From assembly GCA_964014485.1 (NCBI GenBank), contig CAXHAT010000024.1:1-53444 (forward strand): a stretch of DNA of 53,444 bases, read 5' to 3'. A program made the position numbers and the translations under genes. Under the pieces are notes generated by a model. It was not told the DNA's origin. It saw only the letters and a program-made list of their open reading frames with translations, and did no database searches. Position 1 is the first letter of the stretch. Every line of letters begins with the position of its first letter. Of this stretch, positions 18,559 through 28,583 are shown in pieces. The DNA comes from an uncultured Deferribacteres bacterium (GTDB taxonomy: Bacteria; Zhuqueibacterota; Zhuqueibacteria; Zhuqueibacterales; Geothermadaptataceae).

Positions 18559-21414
18559 TTACTTCATCAAAAGCATCTTATTGGTGCGAACAAAATCACC
18601 GGCGATCATTTTATAAAAATAAACGCCGCTGGAAACGCGGAGACCGGCGTCATTCGTGGCGTTCCACTGAATCGTGTAGCGTCCGGGCGCTTTCGTATTA
18701 TCGATAAGCGTGCGTACTCTTTGTCCCATGATGTTGTAGATCGTGATCTGGACATTGCTTGCCTGAGCGACGCTGTAGCTAATGCTCGTGCTTGGATTGA
18801 ACGGATTCGGATAGTTCTGCGCCAAATCAAACGTTTCGGGCAAAATATCATCACCAACCGCAGTATCAAAGCCAATGTCCATGTCGTTTCTCGGTTCGAT
18901 TTTGTGCTGGTTAAAAGAATAGTGATGAACGCCACGTACAAACATGAGATTTTGATCTTGCGTAAACAGCGTATCCAAATTGCCTCGGAAGTTGCCAAGA
19001 TCGTCAACGCGAACGCCGCCGGAACCGTCGTCGATGACAAATTCGCCGAAATTGCTGCCGCCGTCTGCGAACGGATTCGAAACGGTGACTGCGGCTGTTT
19101 GAATCAACATGCCTTCGTACGCTTCCGCCATCGAGCCGCCGGTTCTGATATCGCCGGTTTGAACGATGACAGGCTCGGGAACAGGGTTGCCGGAGCTGTT
19201 AACGACAACGTTCGTCGCATTGATTCTTGTCGCGCCAAAGTTTTCCTGCACGGTTCCCGTCACGGTTACTTCATCTCCCGGAACAACCTGATTCACATTG
19301 TCATTGATCCAGACGCCGCTCCAGGGATCGGTTCCGTCCTGAATCCAGTAGAACGAAAAGTCCGTCGTATCCGTGGTGACGATACCCGTAACCGTCACTT
19401 CCAGGTTCGCAAAACTTGATGCGTCGCTGGCTGTGGGATTCGGAACAAACTGAACGTCTTTGATTGTCAAGCCGCCGTCACGAACAAAATAGAAAAATTT
19501 TGCCATGCTCGTATCGCCAGGCGCAGTCGTGGCGTCGCCTTGATCATCTGCCGCTTCAAGGAAGAATTCGATGAAAGCGCCGTCTGTTTGCGCGGGAATG
19601 CTGCTCGACCAACTGCCGCCGCCGTCATCTGTCATTGCCATGCTCGTGAAAGCGCCGCCGTCAACGCGGTATTGCAAATTTGCACTGGCAACCGCTGTTT
19701 GTGCATCAGTGATCGTTGCGGAAATGGTCACTGCATCCGCTGAAGTGGGCACGACGGGGTCGCGTGAGATGTTACTGATTTCCGGAGGCGCTGAAGCTAT
19801 TTCAATATCATCGAGGCTTCGAGGATTAATCGTAACAAAACCCTGCGAAGAACCGCCGCGAACAAAACCGACAACGTTAATTTGCGTTCCGGGAGGCAAG
19901 CCAGGCCAAACACCCGCGTTGTTCGTGACAGTAGTGCTGACGGCATTAAAATAATCATCGAGGATAATCGTGCCGCTTTCGTCAGAGGCGGAGAGGGTGT
20001 TGCCCGGCAGCCCGTTCGCTAACACAGTCAGGCCTTCGAAGCGGACAAGCGTACTCTCCCAGCGTTCGGAAAGCTGCGGATCAGCGCCATTGCCGCCCGC
20101 GTCTGAACCAAGATCGCCGGGCGTTAGCAGGATCGTGTCTGGCAGACCCACGCCAAATTCAATGAACTCAATCGGCGTGACCGGGCTGGTAATGAGGGCA
20201 AATTGCGAGATGCTTGGGGTCATCGGCCCAATGGGAAATTCCGACATCACGCCTTTGGCGCGGATCAAATCACCGGGCTCCGCCGCTGTAATCAGCGTTC
20301 CTTCCACGCCGTCGCCGGAGGTGTCATTTTGAATGATAAAAAAGCCGCTCCAGGGTCCGCCGCGCAAGTCCTGAATAAATCCGCCCCAGCGGGAACCGAG
20401 AAAAATATCACGCGCGCCTTGCATCATCACGCCGGTGACTTCCAGCGTATCGCCGGTGAAGGGAGAGTCGTCTTCAGCGTTCGGGCCAATGTCTGCGGCG
20501 CGAACAAATTGCACGTCGGCGATTGTCAGGCTGTCAGCCGGAGCGTAAGGCGTGAGTGCTCGTCTGCCTGGAGTCGGCGGTTCGTTTATGCTCCAAATAC
20601 CGCCTTTCCAAGAGGTGTTTTCGCTGGTTTCGTTATGGCCTGTAATGCCATTGCCGCCGCTCCATTCCTCCAAGTCTTCAACTTCAAGTTTGCGTTGCGC
20701 TGAATTCCCAAAGTCATGCGGCCCGCCGTCGCCGTCATTTTCGGTATCGACGACAGTTTGATCCGCAATTGAAGTGTCGTCAGCGTAGGTCGAAGCTTCT
20801 TCGCCGTCATCCGGGCCGTCGACGCTTACACCGGTTTTGTCCACAGCTTCTGACTTATCACCCCAAACGACGTAATCGACGTCTTGAACCAGGTCGCTGT
20901 TGCCGTCCCAATAATAGAGAATCAGTACTTCTTCAGTCGAAAAGCTGCTTAGACGGTCAGGACTATTATCGGGCCCGGCGATGCTGCCCTCAGTGGCGTC
21001 TCGCATGTCCGGTACGTCGTCGGCTGCGTCGCCGTCTTCATATAATTCGTAAGTTGGCAAGATACCGTACTCCGACATGAAGTCGTCGCTGCCGGGGAGA
21101 GAAATGGTTTGAAATTCTCCTGGAGCGATGCTGGCGCCATCAGGAAAGCGCGCGTTAAAATCATTGAAACCGCCGCCGCCGCCATCGCCGAGAACAGTAT
21201 TGTAATAATAAGTGTCGCCGCCGGCAAATGTGGCGTCCGTCACATAGTAATTGGAGAGATCAATCGTTTGATCGGTCGGGTTGTAAATTTCAATGAATTC
21301 GCCCGCCGTCGGCGTTACAACGAACTCAGTGATCAGTAGGTGGTCTTGCGCTGAAAGATGGCTTGCAGCAAAAGCCGCGAGACAGGTTAGAAGGATTCGT
21401 AACCTTTTCTGCAT
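18559..21414 (-). CDS. Secreted protein with lamin-tail domain, repeated OB-fold-like modules, Ig domain and FlgD-Ig/T9SS-like C-terminal domain
   Basis: Signal peptide; LLITEF...EFIEIYNPT..TIDLS.Y (LTD); two TI.DVQ...VTG..IQD..GPWSG modules; C-terminal L.QNYPNPFNPST.I.Y...SSGVYFYKM. Confidence 0.8.
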   Translation of the reverse strand: MQKRLRILLTCLAAFAASHLSAQDHLLITEFVVTPTAGEFIEIYNPTDQTIDLSNYYVTDATFAGGDTYYYNTVLGDGGGGGFNDFNARFPDGASIAPGEFQTISLPGSDDFMSEYGILPTYELYEDGDAADDVPDMRDATEGSIAGPDNSPDRLSSFSTEEVLILYYWDGNSDLVQDVDYVVWGDKSEAVDKTGVSVDGPDDGEEASTYADDTSIADQTVVDTENDGDGGPHDFGNSAQRKLEVEDLEEWSGGNGITGHNETSENTSWKGGIWSINEPPTPGRRALTPYAPADSLTIADVQFVRAADIGPNAEDDSPFTGDTLEVTGVMMQGARDIFLGSRWGGFIQDLRGGPWSGFFIIQNDTSGDGVEGTLITAAEPGDLIRAKGVMSEFPIGPMTPSISQFALITSPVTPIEFIEFGVGLPDTILLTPGDLGSDAGGNGADPQLSERWESTLVRFEGLTVLANGLPGNTLSASDESGTIILDDYFNAVSTTVTNNAGVWPGLPPGTQINVVGFVRGGSSQGFVTINPRSLDDIEIASAPPEISNISRDPVVPTSADAVTISATITDAQTAVASANLQYRVDGGAFTSMAMTDDGGGSWSSSIPAQTDGAFIEFFLEAADDQGDATTAPGDTSMAKFFYFVRDGGLTIKDVQFVPNPTASDASSFANLEVTVTGIVTTDTTDFSFYWIQDGTDPWSGVWINDNVNQVVPGDEVTVTGTVQENFGATRINATNVVVNSSGNPVPEPVIVQTGDIRTGGSMAEAYEGMLIQTAAVTVSNPFADGGSNFGEFVIDDGSGGVRVDDLGNFRGNLDTLFTQDQNLMFVRGVHHYSFNQHKIEPRNDMDIGFDTAVGDDILPETFDLAQNYPNPFNPSTSISYSVAQASNVQITIYNIMGQRVRTLIDNTKAPGRYTIQWNATNDAGLRVSSGVYFYKMIAGDFVRTNKMLLMK

Positions 21415-21486
21415 GAGCGTTCCTCCTCAAATGAGAGATTAAATGGATGAATGGAATGATGGGTTTTTAGCGTTTTAGTATAACCC

Positions 21487-23631
21487 CTATTTTATGACCA
21501 TAAATTTGCCGCGCTGCATTTTGCCGGTGTCAAGATTCTCGACAGTGTAAATATAAAGTCCGGATGCAAGAGCCTGATCACTTTCCGTCACCAAATCCCA
21601 AGCGTGTTCGCCGCCCGCAAAAACACGATTTCCGCGAGAGAATTTTTCAAACCATTGGACGCCTTCGCCGGAATAGCTCGCACCGCGATGCTCAAATGAG
21701 TCCACAAGGTCGCCCGCTAGAGTGTAGATTCGCACTTCAGCGTTGGCCGGAAGGTTGTAAAAATACATTTTCCGGTCACGCTCAAGATTGCCGTCCCAGG
21801 CGCCGCCTGCTCGATATGGATTCGGATAAACGCCGATCTCCATTTCTTTTTCCGGCTCCTGCGCCATCTGAGCTTCTTGACTCGGTGAGCCTGGAAAAAC
21901 GCGCACGACATTTGAAAGCCGACTGCTTTCAAGGCTGCCAAGGTTGATCGTCGGATCGCCCCTGTCAAATGCGGAGACGGAATAGGCGTATTGCCAGCCG
22001 TTCAGAAGATTTTCGTTTTCAAATTTATAATAATAAAAAATAGTCTCGGTCTCGCCAGTGGCAGGATTGGTAAAGGTCTCGTCGAAAGTGACCGGCTCAT
22101 CCAACTCAACAAAATCCAGCCCGGTATCAAAACCGATTTCGTTAACCATATCAAATTCAGCGATCATAGATAGCGAAGAGAGCAAGTCTTTTCCCGGTAA
22201 ATCTTCTCCCAACTTCGAGCGGAACAGCCGATAGCCTTCAAAGTCCATTTCTCCACTGATGAAATCAATCGACTCTTCAGCTGAGCGATCCCAATAAACC
22301 GTCACCTTGCGGTCTTCCGGAACAACTTTGATGCGCGGCGTGGTCGGCGGCGTCGGCAGGACGTAACGGTCAATCTGGCCGTCACGGTCGATGTCTTCGC
22401 CAGGATCGAGTTGGTTGTTGCCGTTACGATCTTCGCCGTCGTAAGCGGTCTGGGCCCAGTCAGCGTTGGCCAACAAAATACTTCGATTCTCTTCCGTGTC
22501 GGAGTTGTTCGGATCAACCCCGCCTTTCCCGCCGCATATAACGGCAAAATTGACGTTGATTGACGAATCGGCGTCCAGGAATTCGAACGGGCCGGTCGTC
22601 ATCAAGGTCATAAAGTTCCCGGGATTGCCGGTAATGGTGGTTTCTATCAAGAGAGGATCAAGGCGAATTTCCTGTTTCTGATAGTTGTCAATATCCGTTT
22701 GCGGGGAGAACAGTACAGGATCGCTGGTGTCGCGAAAAAGCCAGGCGTTGTAAAGCCCGTTGACGGTGTATTGCGTATCGTTTGCCTGTGGGGTGGCGCC
22801 CAATATTTTGAAAGCTGCGTAAAGCCCGTTGTCGGTAAATCCCGGATCGCCGTCAAAATCGTAGGCGTAAGCCATGCGCAACGAGTCGATATAGCCGTTG
22901 CCAACATGCTGATAGAATGGCGCGCCCACGCGCGGCGGCGTGATGTTGGTGTTTCGTACAACCAGGTCAGCCCAAAGTGAAACGAAGACGTCGTTATAGC
23001 GTTGGCCGCTGACATTTTTAATTGTGTAGTTTAAGATCACAAAAGCGTCGGCGAAAGGAAAATTCCAGGCGTAGGTTTCGAGGTGCACCTCAAGGCCCAT
23101 CGGCGTGTGCTGCGGGATCCGAATGGTGGTGCCGGGAACGACCGTGTTGGTATCAGTAAAGTCAGCGATAAAATCTTGATGACTAATTGCTTGCGGATCG
23201 AAGAACGGACTTTCGAGCAAGCTGGAGCGCTCACGAACAACGTCGGCTGGGTCGTCGGTATTGGTAAACTCAAAACCTGCGGCAACGTCACGCAGAGAGG
23301 GGATGTCGCGTGCGCCAGTGGTGACAAAAATTGACCCGTCGTCGCGCTTGCCGCCCACCCAGAGCCCGCCGACGAACATGTGCTCGATGCCGGAACCTCG
23401 CGGGTATTCGCATGAAGGCTGGTCGTTGGGCGTCTGCGTTGCGAAGCCGTCGCCTATAGTGCCGAAATTTGAAACCGTCATCCCAATGCTGCCGATGGTG
23501 GTGAACTTGGTGTCGTCATCGACAAGCGGTTTTAGTAACGGGTGGACGTTGTCGGAAGTTTGTGCAAATAGGGTGTGAGAACAAACAAAAAGAAAAGCGG
23601 AGAGCAGACAGGCGGGATGTTTAAATTTCAT
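21487..23631 (-). CDS. Secreted protein with Ca-binding DxDGD motifs, FN3-like domain and C-terminal sorting-like domain
   Basis: Signal peptide from ATG 23631; SCEYPRGSG.EH.F.GGLWVG; DRNGNNQLDPGEDIDRDG; DFEGYRLFRS; VYPNPY...ASGLYIY...GKFMVIK. Confidence 0.7.
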   Translation of the reverse strand: MKFKHPACLLSAFLFVCSHTLFAQTSDNVHPLLKPLVDDDTKFTTIGSIGMTVSNFGTIGDGFATQTPNDQPSCEYPRGSGIEHMFVGGLWVGGKRDDGSIFVTTGARDIPSLRDVAAGFEFTNTDDPADVVRERSSLLESPFFDPQAISHQDFIADFTDTNTVVPGTTIRIPQHTPMGLEVHLETYAWNFPFADAFVILNYTIKNVSGQRYNDVFVSLWADLVVRNTNITPPRVGAPFYQHVGNGYIDSLRMAYAYDFDGDPGFTDNGLYAAFKILGATPQANDTQYTVNGLYNAWLFRDTSDPVLFSPQTDIDNYQKQEIRLDPLLIETTITGNPGNFMTLMTTGPFEFLDADSSINVNFAVICGGKGGVDPNNSDTEENRSILLANADWAQTAYDGEDRNGNNQLDPGEDIDRDGQIDRYVLPTPPTTPRIKVVPEDRKVTVYWDRSAEESIDFISGEMDFEGYRLFRSKLGEDLPGKDLLSSLSMIAEFDMVNEIGFDTGLDFVELDEPVTFDETFTNPATGETETIFYYYKFENENLLNGWQYAYSVSAFDRGDPTINLGSLESSRLSNVVRVFPGSPSQEAQMAQEPEKEMEIGVYPNPYRAGGAWDGNLERDRKMYFYNLPANAEVRIYTLAGDLVDSFEHRGASYSGEGVQWFEKFSRGNRVFAGGEHAWDLVTESDQALASGLYIYTVENLDTGKMQRGKFMVIK

Positions 23632-23855
23632 CTCAACCGTGCTAGAGTTTTTGAATTCGATCTGAGTAGTTACATGCGGCGGCGACAAATATGAAGCAAA
23701 TGTATAAAATAGGCCTTTGCATGTCAAATGTTATCTGGGTTAGGGGCATCGGCCTTAGGCTGTAGACTATTAGGTTTTACAGCTATCGGGCGGAATGATT
23801 CTGTATATAGCATTCGTTTTCGACTAAAGGCCTTGAAGACTAACTGCCTAAAAAA

Positions 23856-24863
23856 CTACCAGCGAATCGCCGCAGAAGCCCATGTGAACCCTGAGCCAAA
23901 TGCAGCGAGAACAAGAATATCGTTTGACTTGAGTTTGCCTTTTTCAACAGCTTCGTCAAGGGCGATCGGGATAGACGCTGCCGTTGTGTTCCCGTAACGT
24001 TGTATGTTATTGTACATTTGATCCGGCCTCAAGCGCAAGCGATGAGCGACCGCTTCGGCGATTCGTAAGTTAGCCTGATGTGGAATAAGCAATTTGATAT
24101 CTTCAACAGTAAGGTTGTTTGTCGCCAACGCTTCTTTTATAACCTGAGGAAATCTGGTCACAGCGTTTTTGAAGACCTCGCGCCCATTCATGTGCGGGTA
24201 GCATGTTCGATCATCCAGAATGCCGTCATACATACGATGCGGCACATGACGGCTTCCCGGATTAATCGTGCATAATTCGAGAGCATATTTGCCGTCGGCG
24301 TGCAAGTGAGTAGAAAGCACGCCCCGGTTCTCGTCTTTGGAAGGGCCAAGCACTGCGGCCCCGGCTCCGTCGCCAAAAAGAACGGTGATATGACGACCTT
24401 CCTCGTTGTATTCCAATCCAGTTGAATGAATCTCAGCGCCAATGACCAAAACATTGTCATACATGCCGGTTTTAATGAACTGATCTGCCACGGAGAGAGA
24501 GTAGATGAAGCCGCTGCATTGATTTCGAACGTCCAGTGCGGGGACGCCTGGTATGCCGAGCTTGTCCTGCACAAGAACGCCTGAGCCGGGAAACATGTAA
24601 TCCGGGCTTAAGGTCGCAAAAACGATCAAGTCAATGTCTTCGGGGGAAAGCTCCGCCTTTTTCAATGCAAGTTTCGCGGCTTCATAGCCAAGGTCTGAAA
24701 CGCCGATCTCTCCGCCAGCGGGGTCGACAAAGTGTCTTTGCTTTATGCCGGATCTCTCCTGAATCCACTCATCGGAAGTAGGAACGAGCGTCGACATTTC
24801 CTCATTTGTGACGACTCTTTCAGGCACGTAACGCGCCGTACTTAATATCCTTGACCTCCTCAT
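23856..24863 (-). CDS. fabH: 3-oxoacyl-ACP synthase III
   Basis: Catalytic triad motifs NQCSGF, PHQAN.RI and YGNTTAASIP; also LFGDGAGA. Confidence 0.95.
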   Translation of the reverse strand: MRRSRILSTARYVPERVVTNEEMSTLVPTSDEWIQERSGIKQRHFVDPAGGEIGVSDLGYEAAKLALKKAELSPEDIDLIVFATLSPDYMFPGSGVLVQDKLGIPGVPALDVRNQCSGFIYSLSVADQFIKTGMYDNVLVIGAEIHSTGLEYNEEGRHITVLFGDGAGAAVLGPSKDENRGVLSTHLHADGKYALELCTINPGSRHVPHRMYDGILDDRTCYPHMNGREVFKNAVTRFPQVIKEALATNNLTVEDIKLLIPHQANLRIAEAVAHRLRLRPDQMYNNIQRYGNTTAASIPIALDEAVEKGKLKSNDILVLAAFGSGFTWASAAIRW

Positions 24864-25021
24864 AAACCACTCCTCGCGTTCTTTATAGATTTGATTTGAT
24901 TCTCAAAAAATGGGCAACCTATATACGCGTCGTACATCTAAAATGCAACCCGTTCAGGCTAAAGCGTTTTGATAAAATGACCGGAAGACGAGAATTATTT
25001 TTCAAAAGATGTAACTTTTTC

Positions 25022-25067
25022 TTGCAATCTTTGTAGTATTCTTGTACTATCAGTTCAAGTGGTACAA
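25022..25067 (+). promoter_or_regulatory. Sigma70 promoter overlapped by a YtrA/GntR-type operator
   Basis: TTGCAA-17-TACTAT; inverted repeat TTGTACTAT-N8-GTGGTACAA at 25042-25067. Confidence 0.7.
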
Positions 25068-25078
25068 AGAGAATCCTT

Positions 25079-25501
25079 ATGAAGATTATCATTAACACAA
25101 ACGAATCAACCTTGCCGACAATGCAATTGGTCCGGCAAATTAAGGAAGGCGTTTTTGGCGGCGAGCTTTATCCGGGCTCTCCTTTGCCTTCCGTCCGTCA
25201 GCTTGCGAATGATTTAGAGATAGACCGTGAGGCTGTCGCCCAAGCCTATTATGTGCTTGAACATGATTCCATCATACAAATGCAAAAGAATCGCGGCGTC
25301 ATCAATTGCCTGCAAGGGGTCACAAGACATGAAGCGGACGAACTGGTTTTGAAATACGGCGTCGCCGATGAAAGCTTTCGCCAAGATGGAAACGCGATGC
25401 GGTTTGGGTTGACCCTTGGCAATGATCTGCTTTTGCTTATCGTCTACAATCAGAAAACAAAAGAAAAATCCTACTCAGTCTTGTCGCCCAATAATCATTG
25501 A
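25079..25501 (+). CDS. GntR (YtrA-like) transcriptional regulator with atypical C-terminus
   Basis: QL..QIK.....GEL.PGSPLPSVRQLA.DL.I....VA.AY..L winged HTH. Confidence 0.75.
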   Translation: MKIIINTNESTLPTMQLVRQIKEGVFGGELYPGSPLPSVRQLANDLEIDREAVAQAYYVLEHDSIIQMQKNRGVINCLQGVTRHEADELVLKYGVADESFRQDGNAMRFGLTLGNDLLLLIVYNQKTKEKSYSVLSPNNH

Positions 25502-25512
25502 GGAAAATTTCT

Positions 25513-25890
25513 ATGGAAATAACCATTGACGTGAACGGTTCAGAGCCGCTGTTTGCGCAGTTGATCGAGCAGGTTAAAAAGGCGGTTCTCGACGGCGACC
25601 TAAGCCCGGGAACTCCCTTGCCGTCCGTCCGACAGCTCGCGAACGACCTGGGGCTTAACCACAATACCGTGGCAAAAGCCTATCGTCTATTAGTGCGCGA
25701 TTCCATCATCCAATCCAGGGGGTATCGAGGAACCGTCGTCCATCCGGACGCTATGGAGAACTGCGAAGTTGATCTTAATGAATGGGTCACTTCGAAACTT
25801 AGCAAAGTCGTCAAAGCGTTTCGAGAAGCGGGGGTTACAGATTCGGAAATTCGGATCGCCTTCGGAAATGTTATGAATAATCGTGTTTAA
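25513..25890 (+). CDS. GntR (YtrA subfamily) transcriptional regulator
   Basis: PLFAQLIEQVK...PGTPLPSVRQLANDLGLNHNTVAKAY...RGT with a short C-terminal dimerisation helix. GAGGA RBS. Confidence 0.9.
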   Translation: MEITIDVNGSEPLFAQLIEQVKKAVLDGDLSPGTPLPSVRQLANDLGLNHNTVAKAYRLLVRDSIIQSRGYRGTVVHPDAMENCEVDLNEWVTSKLSKVVKAFREAGVTDSEIRIAFGNVMNNRV

Positions 25891-25898
25891 TCAGGAGA

Positions 25899-26771
25899 AT
25901 GAAAATGCGAACCAACATATTGTTTATTTCATTGTTTCTCACTCAAATTTTTACCCTTTCCTTTTATTTGCCAAGAAAGGTCAGGAACCGAATCAATTAC
26001 GTTCTAAAAAACTACCCCCCTGCGCAATTCCCCAATCTTTATACGCAATCGATTGAAGTCTATCAGATGAAAGTAAAGATGTTCTGGGCGTTCAACTTAT
26101 TGATTCTTGCGGCGGGAATGATGATCGTGGTTGGATTAATCGTCTACTCGCCCGATTTAAGCGCAGCGAATACTGAGCGATGGGATCAGGCGTTAGTAGC
26201 CGTGTGGTTCTTTGTACAAGTTTTCCCGATGATACTGATGGAAATTGGCGCTTTCTCACACTTCAAGCGTATGAGAGAAGCGAATTCACAAACAACCCGA
26301 AAAGCATTGCTGCAGCCTCGCCGCTTGTTTGATTTTATTTCCCCGGCCTTAATCGGTGCGGCGGTAATTATCTATGCGCTGTTTGTAGCGCTTGTGATCT
26401 ATATGAGGCAATTTGATTATCCCTGGTTTGGCGGATATGCTAATATCGCCGGCGTTACAATCGTCAATCTCCTTTTTGCCGGGATGTTGTTTTGGAAAAT
26501 GTATGGCAAGAAACAGGACCCCTATCAAGCGGACGGAACGCGGAAAGAGGAAATAAGGCTCGTTGCGAAGCAAATGGTCTTTACCAGCATCGCGGTCACT
26601 ATTCACATTGCGATGTCGATCCTGCTTGCGGCTTTTGAATTACGGCACCTTCAATCTGTCGCCCAAATCGTTTACTTCCAGCTTATAGCCATTGTAGGCT
26701 TTCAAATGCTTCGGGTTGATCAGATAGACTTTGAAGTTTACAAAAGCGAACCAGCGCCTGTTTCAAGCTGA
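25899..26771 (+). CDS. Multi-pass membrane protein (about 7 TM), function unknown
   Basis: Several hydrophobic helices and an R.A.LQPRRLFDFISP motif. AGGAG RBS, 8 nt after the GntR gene. Confidence 0.75.
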   Translation: MKMRTNILFISLFLTQIFTLSFYLPRKVRNRINYVLKNYPPAQFPNLYTQSIEVYQMKVKMFWAFNLLILAAGMMIVVGLIVYSPDLSAANTERWDQALVAVWFFVQVFPMILMEIGAFSHFKRMREANSQTTRKALLQPRRLFDFISPALIGAAVIIYALFVALVIYMRQFDYPWFGGYANIAGVTIVNLLFAGMLFWKMYGKKQDPYQADGTRKEEIRLVAKQMVFTSIAVTIHIAMSILLAAFELRHLQSVAQIVYFQLIAIVGFQMLRVDQIDFEVYKSEPAPVSS

Positions 26772-26838
26772 TTTGCCGTCGAGTTTTGTTTTTATTGAAC
26801 GCCTCGCAGTAGAAGCGGGTTGGTGAGAGTTCAGATAA

Positions 26839-27375
26839 TTATGAAGCCGAGCTGGTGGGGGGCGTGTGTTCTTTGTCGGCCACTTGCTCCGACTGGAGAA
26901 CCTTGACCGCATGAGGCAGGACGTCGATAATCGCTGAAAGGTTTTCAGTCGCGCCTCTTGGATTGCCCGGCAGATTGACGATAACCGTATTTTTGCAAGT
27001 TCCGGCAATCGCGCGAGATAATGCCGCGTACGGCGTTTGTTTTAGCCCAAACTGAAACATCGCAAATTCTAACCCTGCAAGGCGCTTTTCAATAATTTGA
27101 ATCGTAGCTTCCGGAGTGACGTCTGATTTGGAGAGTCCGGTGCCGCCGGTGGTGAGAATAATATCCGCTTTTTGGAGACGACAGACTTCGGAAAGATAGT
27201 CGGTGAGTTCTTGTTTTTTGTCAGCGATGACCTTGCGATCACAGATGGACATCCCCGATTTTTGGACTGAGTTCGCAACGGCGTCGCCGCCCAAATCTTT
27301 ACGTTCGCCTTTCGCAACCCGAGTAGAAAGGGTGATTATGGCAACGCGTAGATTGGCGTTTTTTTTACCCGGCAT
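26839..27375 (-). CDS. mog: Molybdopterin adenylyltransferase (MogA/MoaB family)
   Basis: ILTTGGTG.S..DVTPEAT, A.LSRA.AG and IVNLPGNP.G. Confidence 0.9.
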   Translation of the reverse strand: MPGKKNANLRVAIITLSTRVAKGERKDLGGDAVANSVQKSGMSICDRKVIADKKQELTDYLSEVCRLQKADIILTTGGTGLSKSDVTPEATIQIIEKRLAGLEFAMFQFGLKQTPYAALSRAIAGTCKNTVIVNLPGNPRGATENLSAIIDVLPHAVKVLQSEQVADKEHTPPTSSAS

Positions 27376-27390
27376 TTAAGGCTGCTTCAG

Positions 27391-27849
27391 TCAATTCATT
27401 TTTTCTTTTGCAAACAACGCCAGGATTTTTCCGGGAGAATCGGCTTCTTTCAATTCGTCGCGGAAGGCGTCTTCGCGCAATAGCCTGCAAAGATTTCCGA
27501 GGATTTGAAGGTAGGTGTTGGGATCATTTTTAGGCGTGCCCATCAAGAAAACCAACTTCACGGCGTCTTTGGATTTTGAACTGAAAGAGACGGCTTCTTT
27601 TGTGCGAGCAAAGGCTATCACGGGCTGGTCGACAAAAATGGTTCGCGTGTGCGGCAGAGCAATCCCCCGGCCTATACAAGTAGGCGATTGAAGTTCCCGA
27701 TCTAGTATCTCCCCTAGAAAGGCGTCGGGCTCTTCGATGACATGGCACTCCACCATCCCCTCGACAATATGGCTAAACACCTGGTTTTTGTCGTGCGCAT
27801 CTACATCAAGAAATACCAAATCCGCACGCATAAAGTTTGAAATGTCCAC
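27391..27849 (-). CDS. PTS EIIA component (fructose/nitrogen-regulatory type)
   Basis: RE...PT.IGRGIALPH with the phospho-acceptor His; also LVFLMGTP. GTG start. Confidence 0.88.
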   Translation of the reverse strand: MDISNFMRADLVFLDVDAHDKNQVFSHIVEGMVECHVIEEPDAFLGEILDRELQSPTCIGRGIALPHTRTIFVDQPVIAFARTKEAVSFSSKSKDAVKLVFLMGTPKNDPNTYLQILGNLCRLLREDAFRDELKEADSPGKILALFAKEKMN

Positions 27850-28250
27850 GGCTGCGCTCCCTGAATCCCCTTTGGTCGTTTAAACATAATCCCTGATCCT
27901 TACACAGATGCAATTCAAAGCTGTCGCGTCCTGGTTCTTTATATCGTCCTTGTAAACCTGAAAATATCATGCTTGCACTTTAAGCAGAACAATTTTCAAT
28001 ATGTTTTCCCCTGAACCCAGATGCAAGAAAATAAAACCGTTTGAGCATCGAGTTTTAACGTTGTTTTGCCCTGCAAAAGAATTGAGCACAAAAAATGCAG
28101 TGACCAACGTTTCTTTATTTCTGCTTAATATTACTCGCGATAAAAGCCCCAGCGTAGAGATTCCTGCAAAAAACAAGTTACATTTATGCAAGATGTTTGG
28201 AATCGTAAGCAATACTTAAGCCAAAACAAACGAAAGACCTGAATTGTCAA

Positions 28251-28532
28251 TTAAGCCAACAATTGATCGATCTCGGTCGCAATTGCAAAATCTTTTTTAG
28301 TGAGCCCGCCTGCATCATGCGTGGTATAGCGCACTGTCACGCGGTTATAAACATTGAAAAGTTCGGGGTGGTGATTGTGTTTCTCGGCAAGTTCCGCGAT
28401 TTGATTGATGAAACCAATGGCGTCCATAAAGCCGGGGAACGAATAATTCTTTTGAATAGCATCACCGTCCAATTCCCAACCTGAAACGCCTTTTAACGCG
28501 CTTTGTATCTCATTCCCGGTCAATTTCGCCAT
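28251..28532 (-). CDS. phhB: Pterin-4-alpha-carbinolamine dehydratase
   Basis: AE..NHHPE....YN.V....TTHDAGGLT..DF..A. Confidence 0.93.
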   Translation of the reverse strand: MAKLTGNEIQSALKGVSGWELDGDAIQKNYSFPGFMDAIGFINQIAELAEKHNHHPELFNVYNRVTVRYTTHDAGGLTKKDFAIATEIDQLLA

Positions 28533-28583
28533 TTCTCCTCCTGTGTTTAAATCTCGACCAATTCAATCAAGTTCTGTTCAAAT

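Noticed and set aside
18502..19419. 305-aa + strand ORF
   Set aside because: It is an antisense shadow of the well-supported lamin-tail protein and has no motifs.
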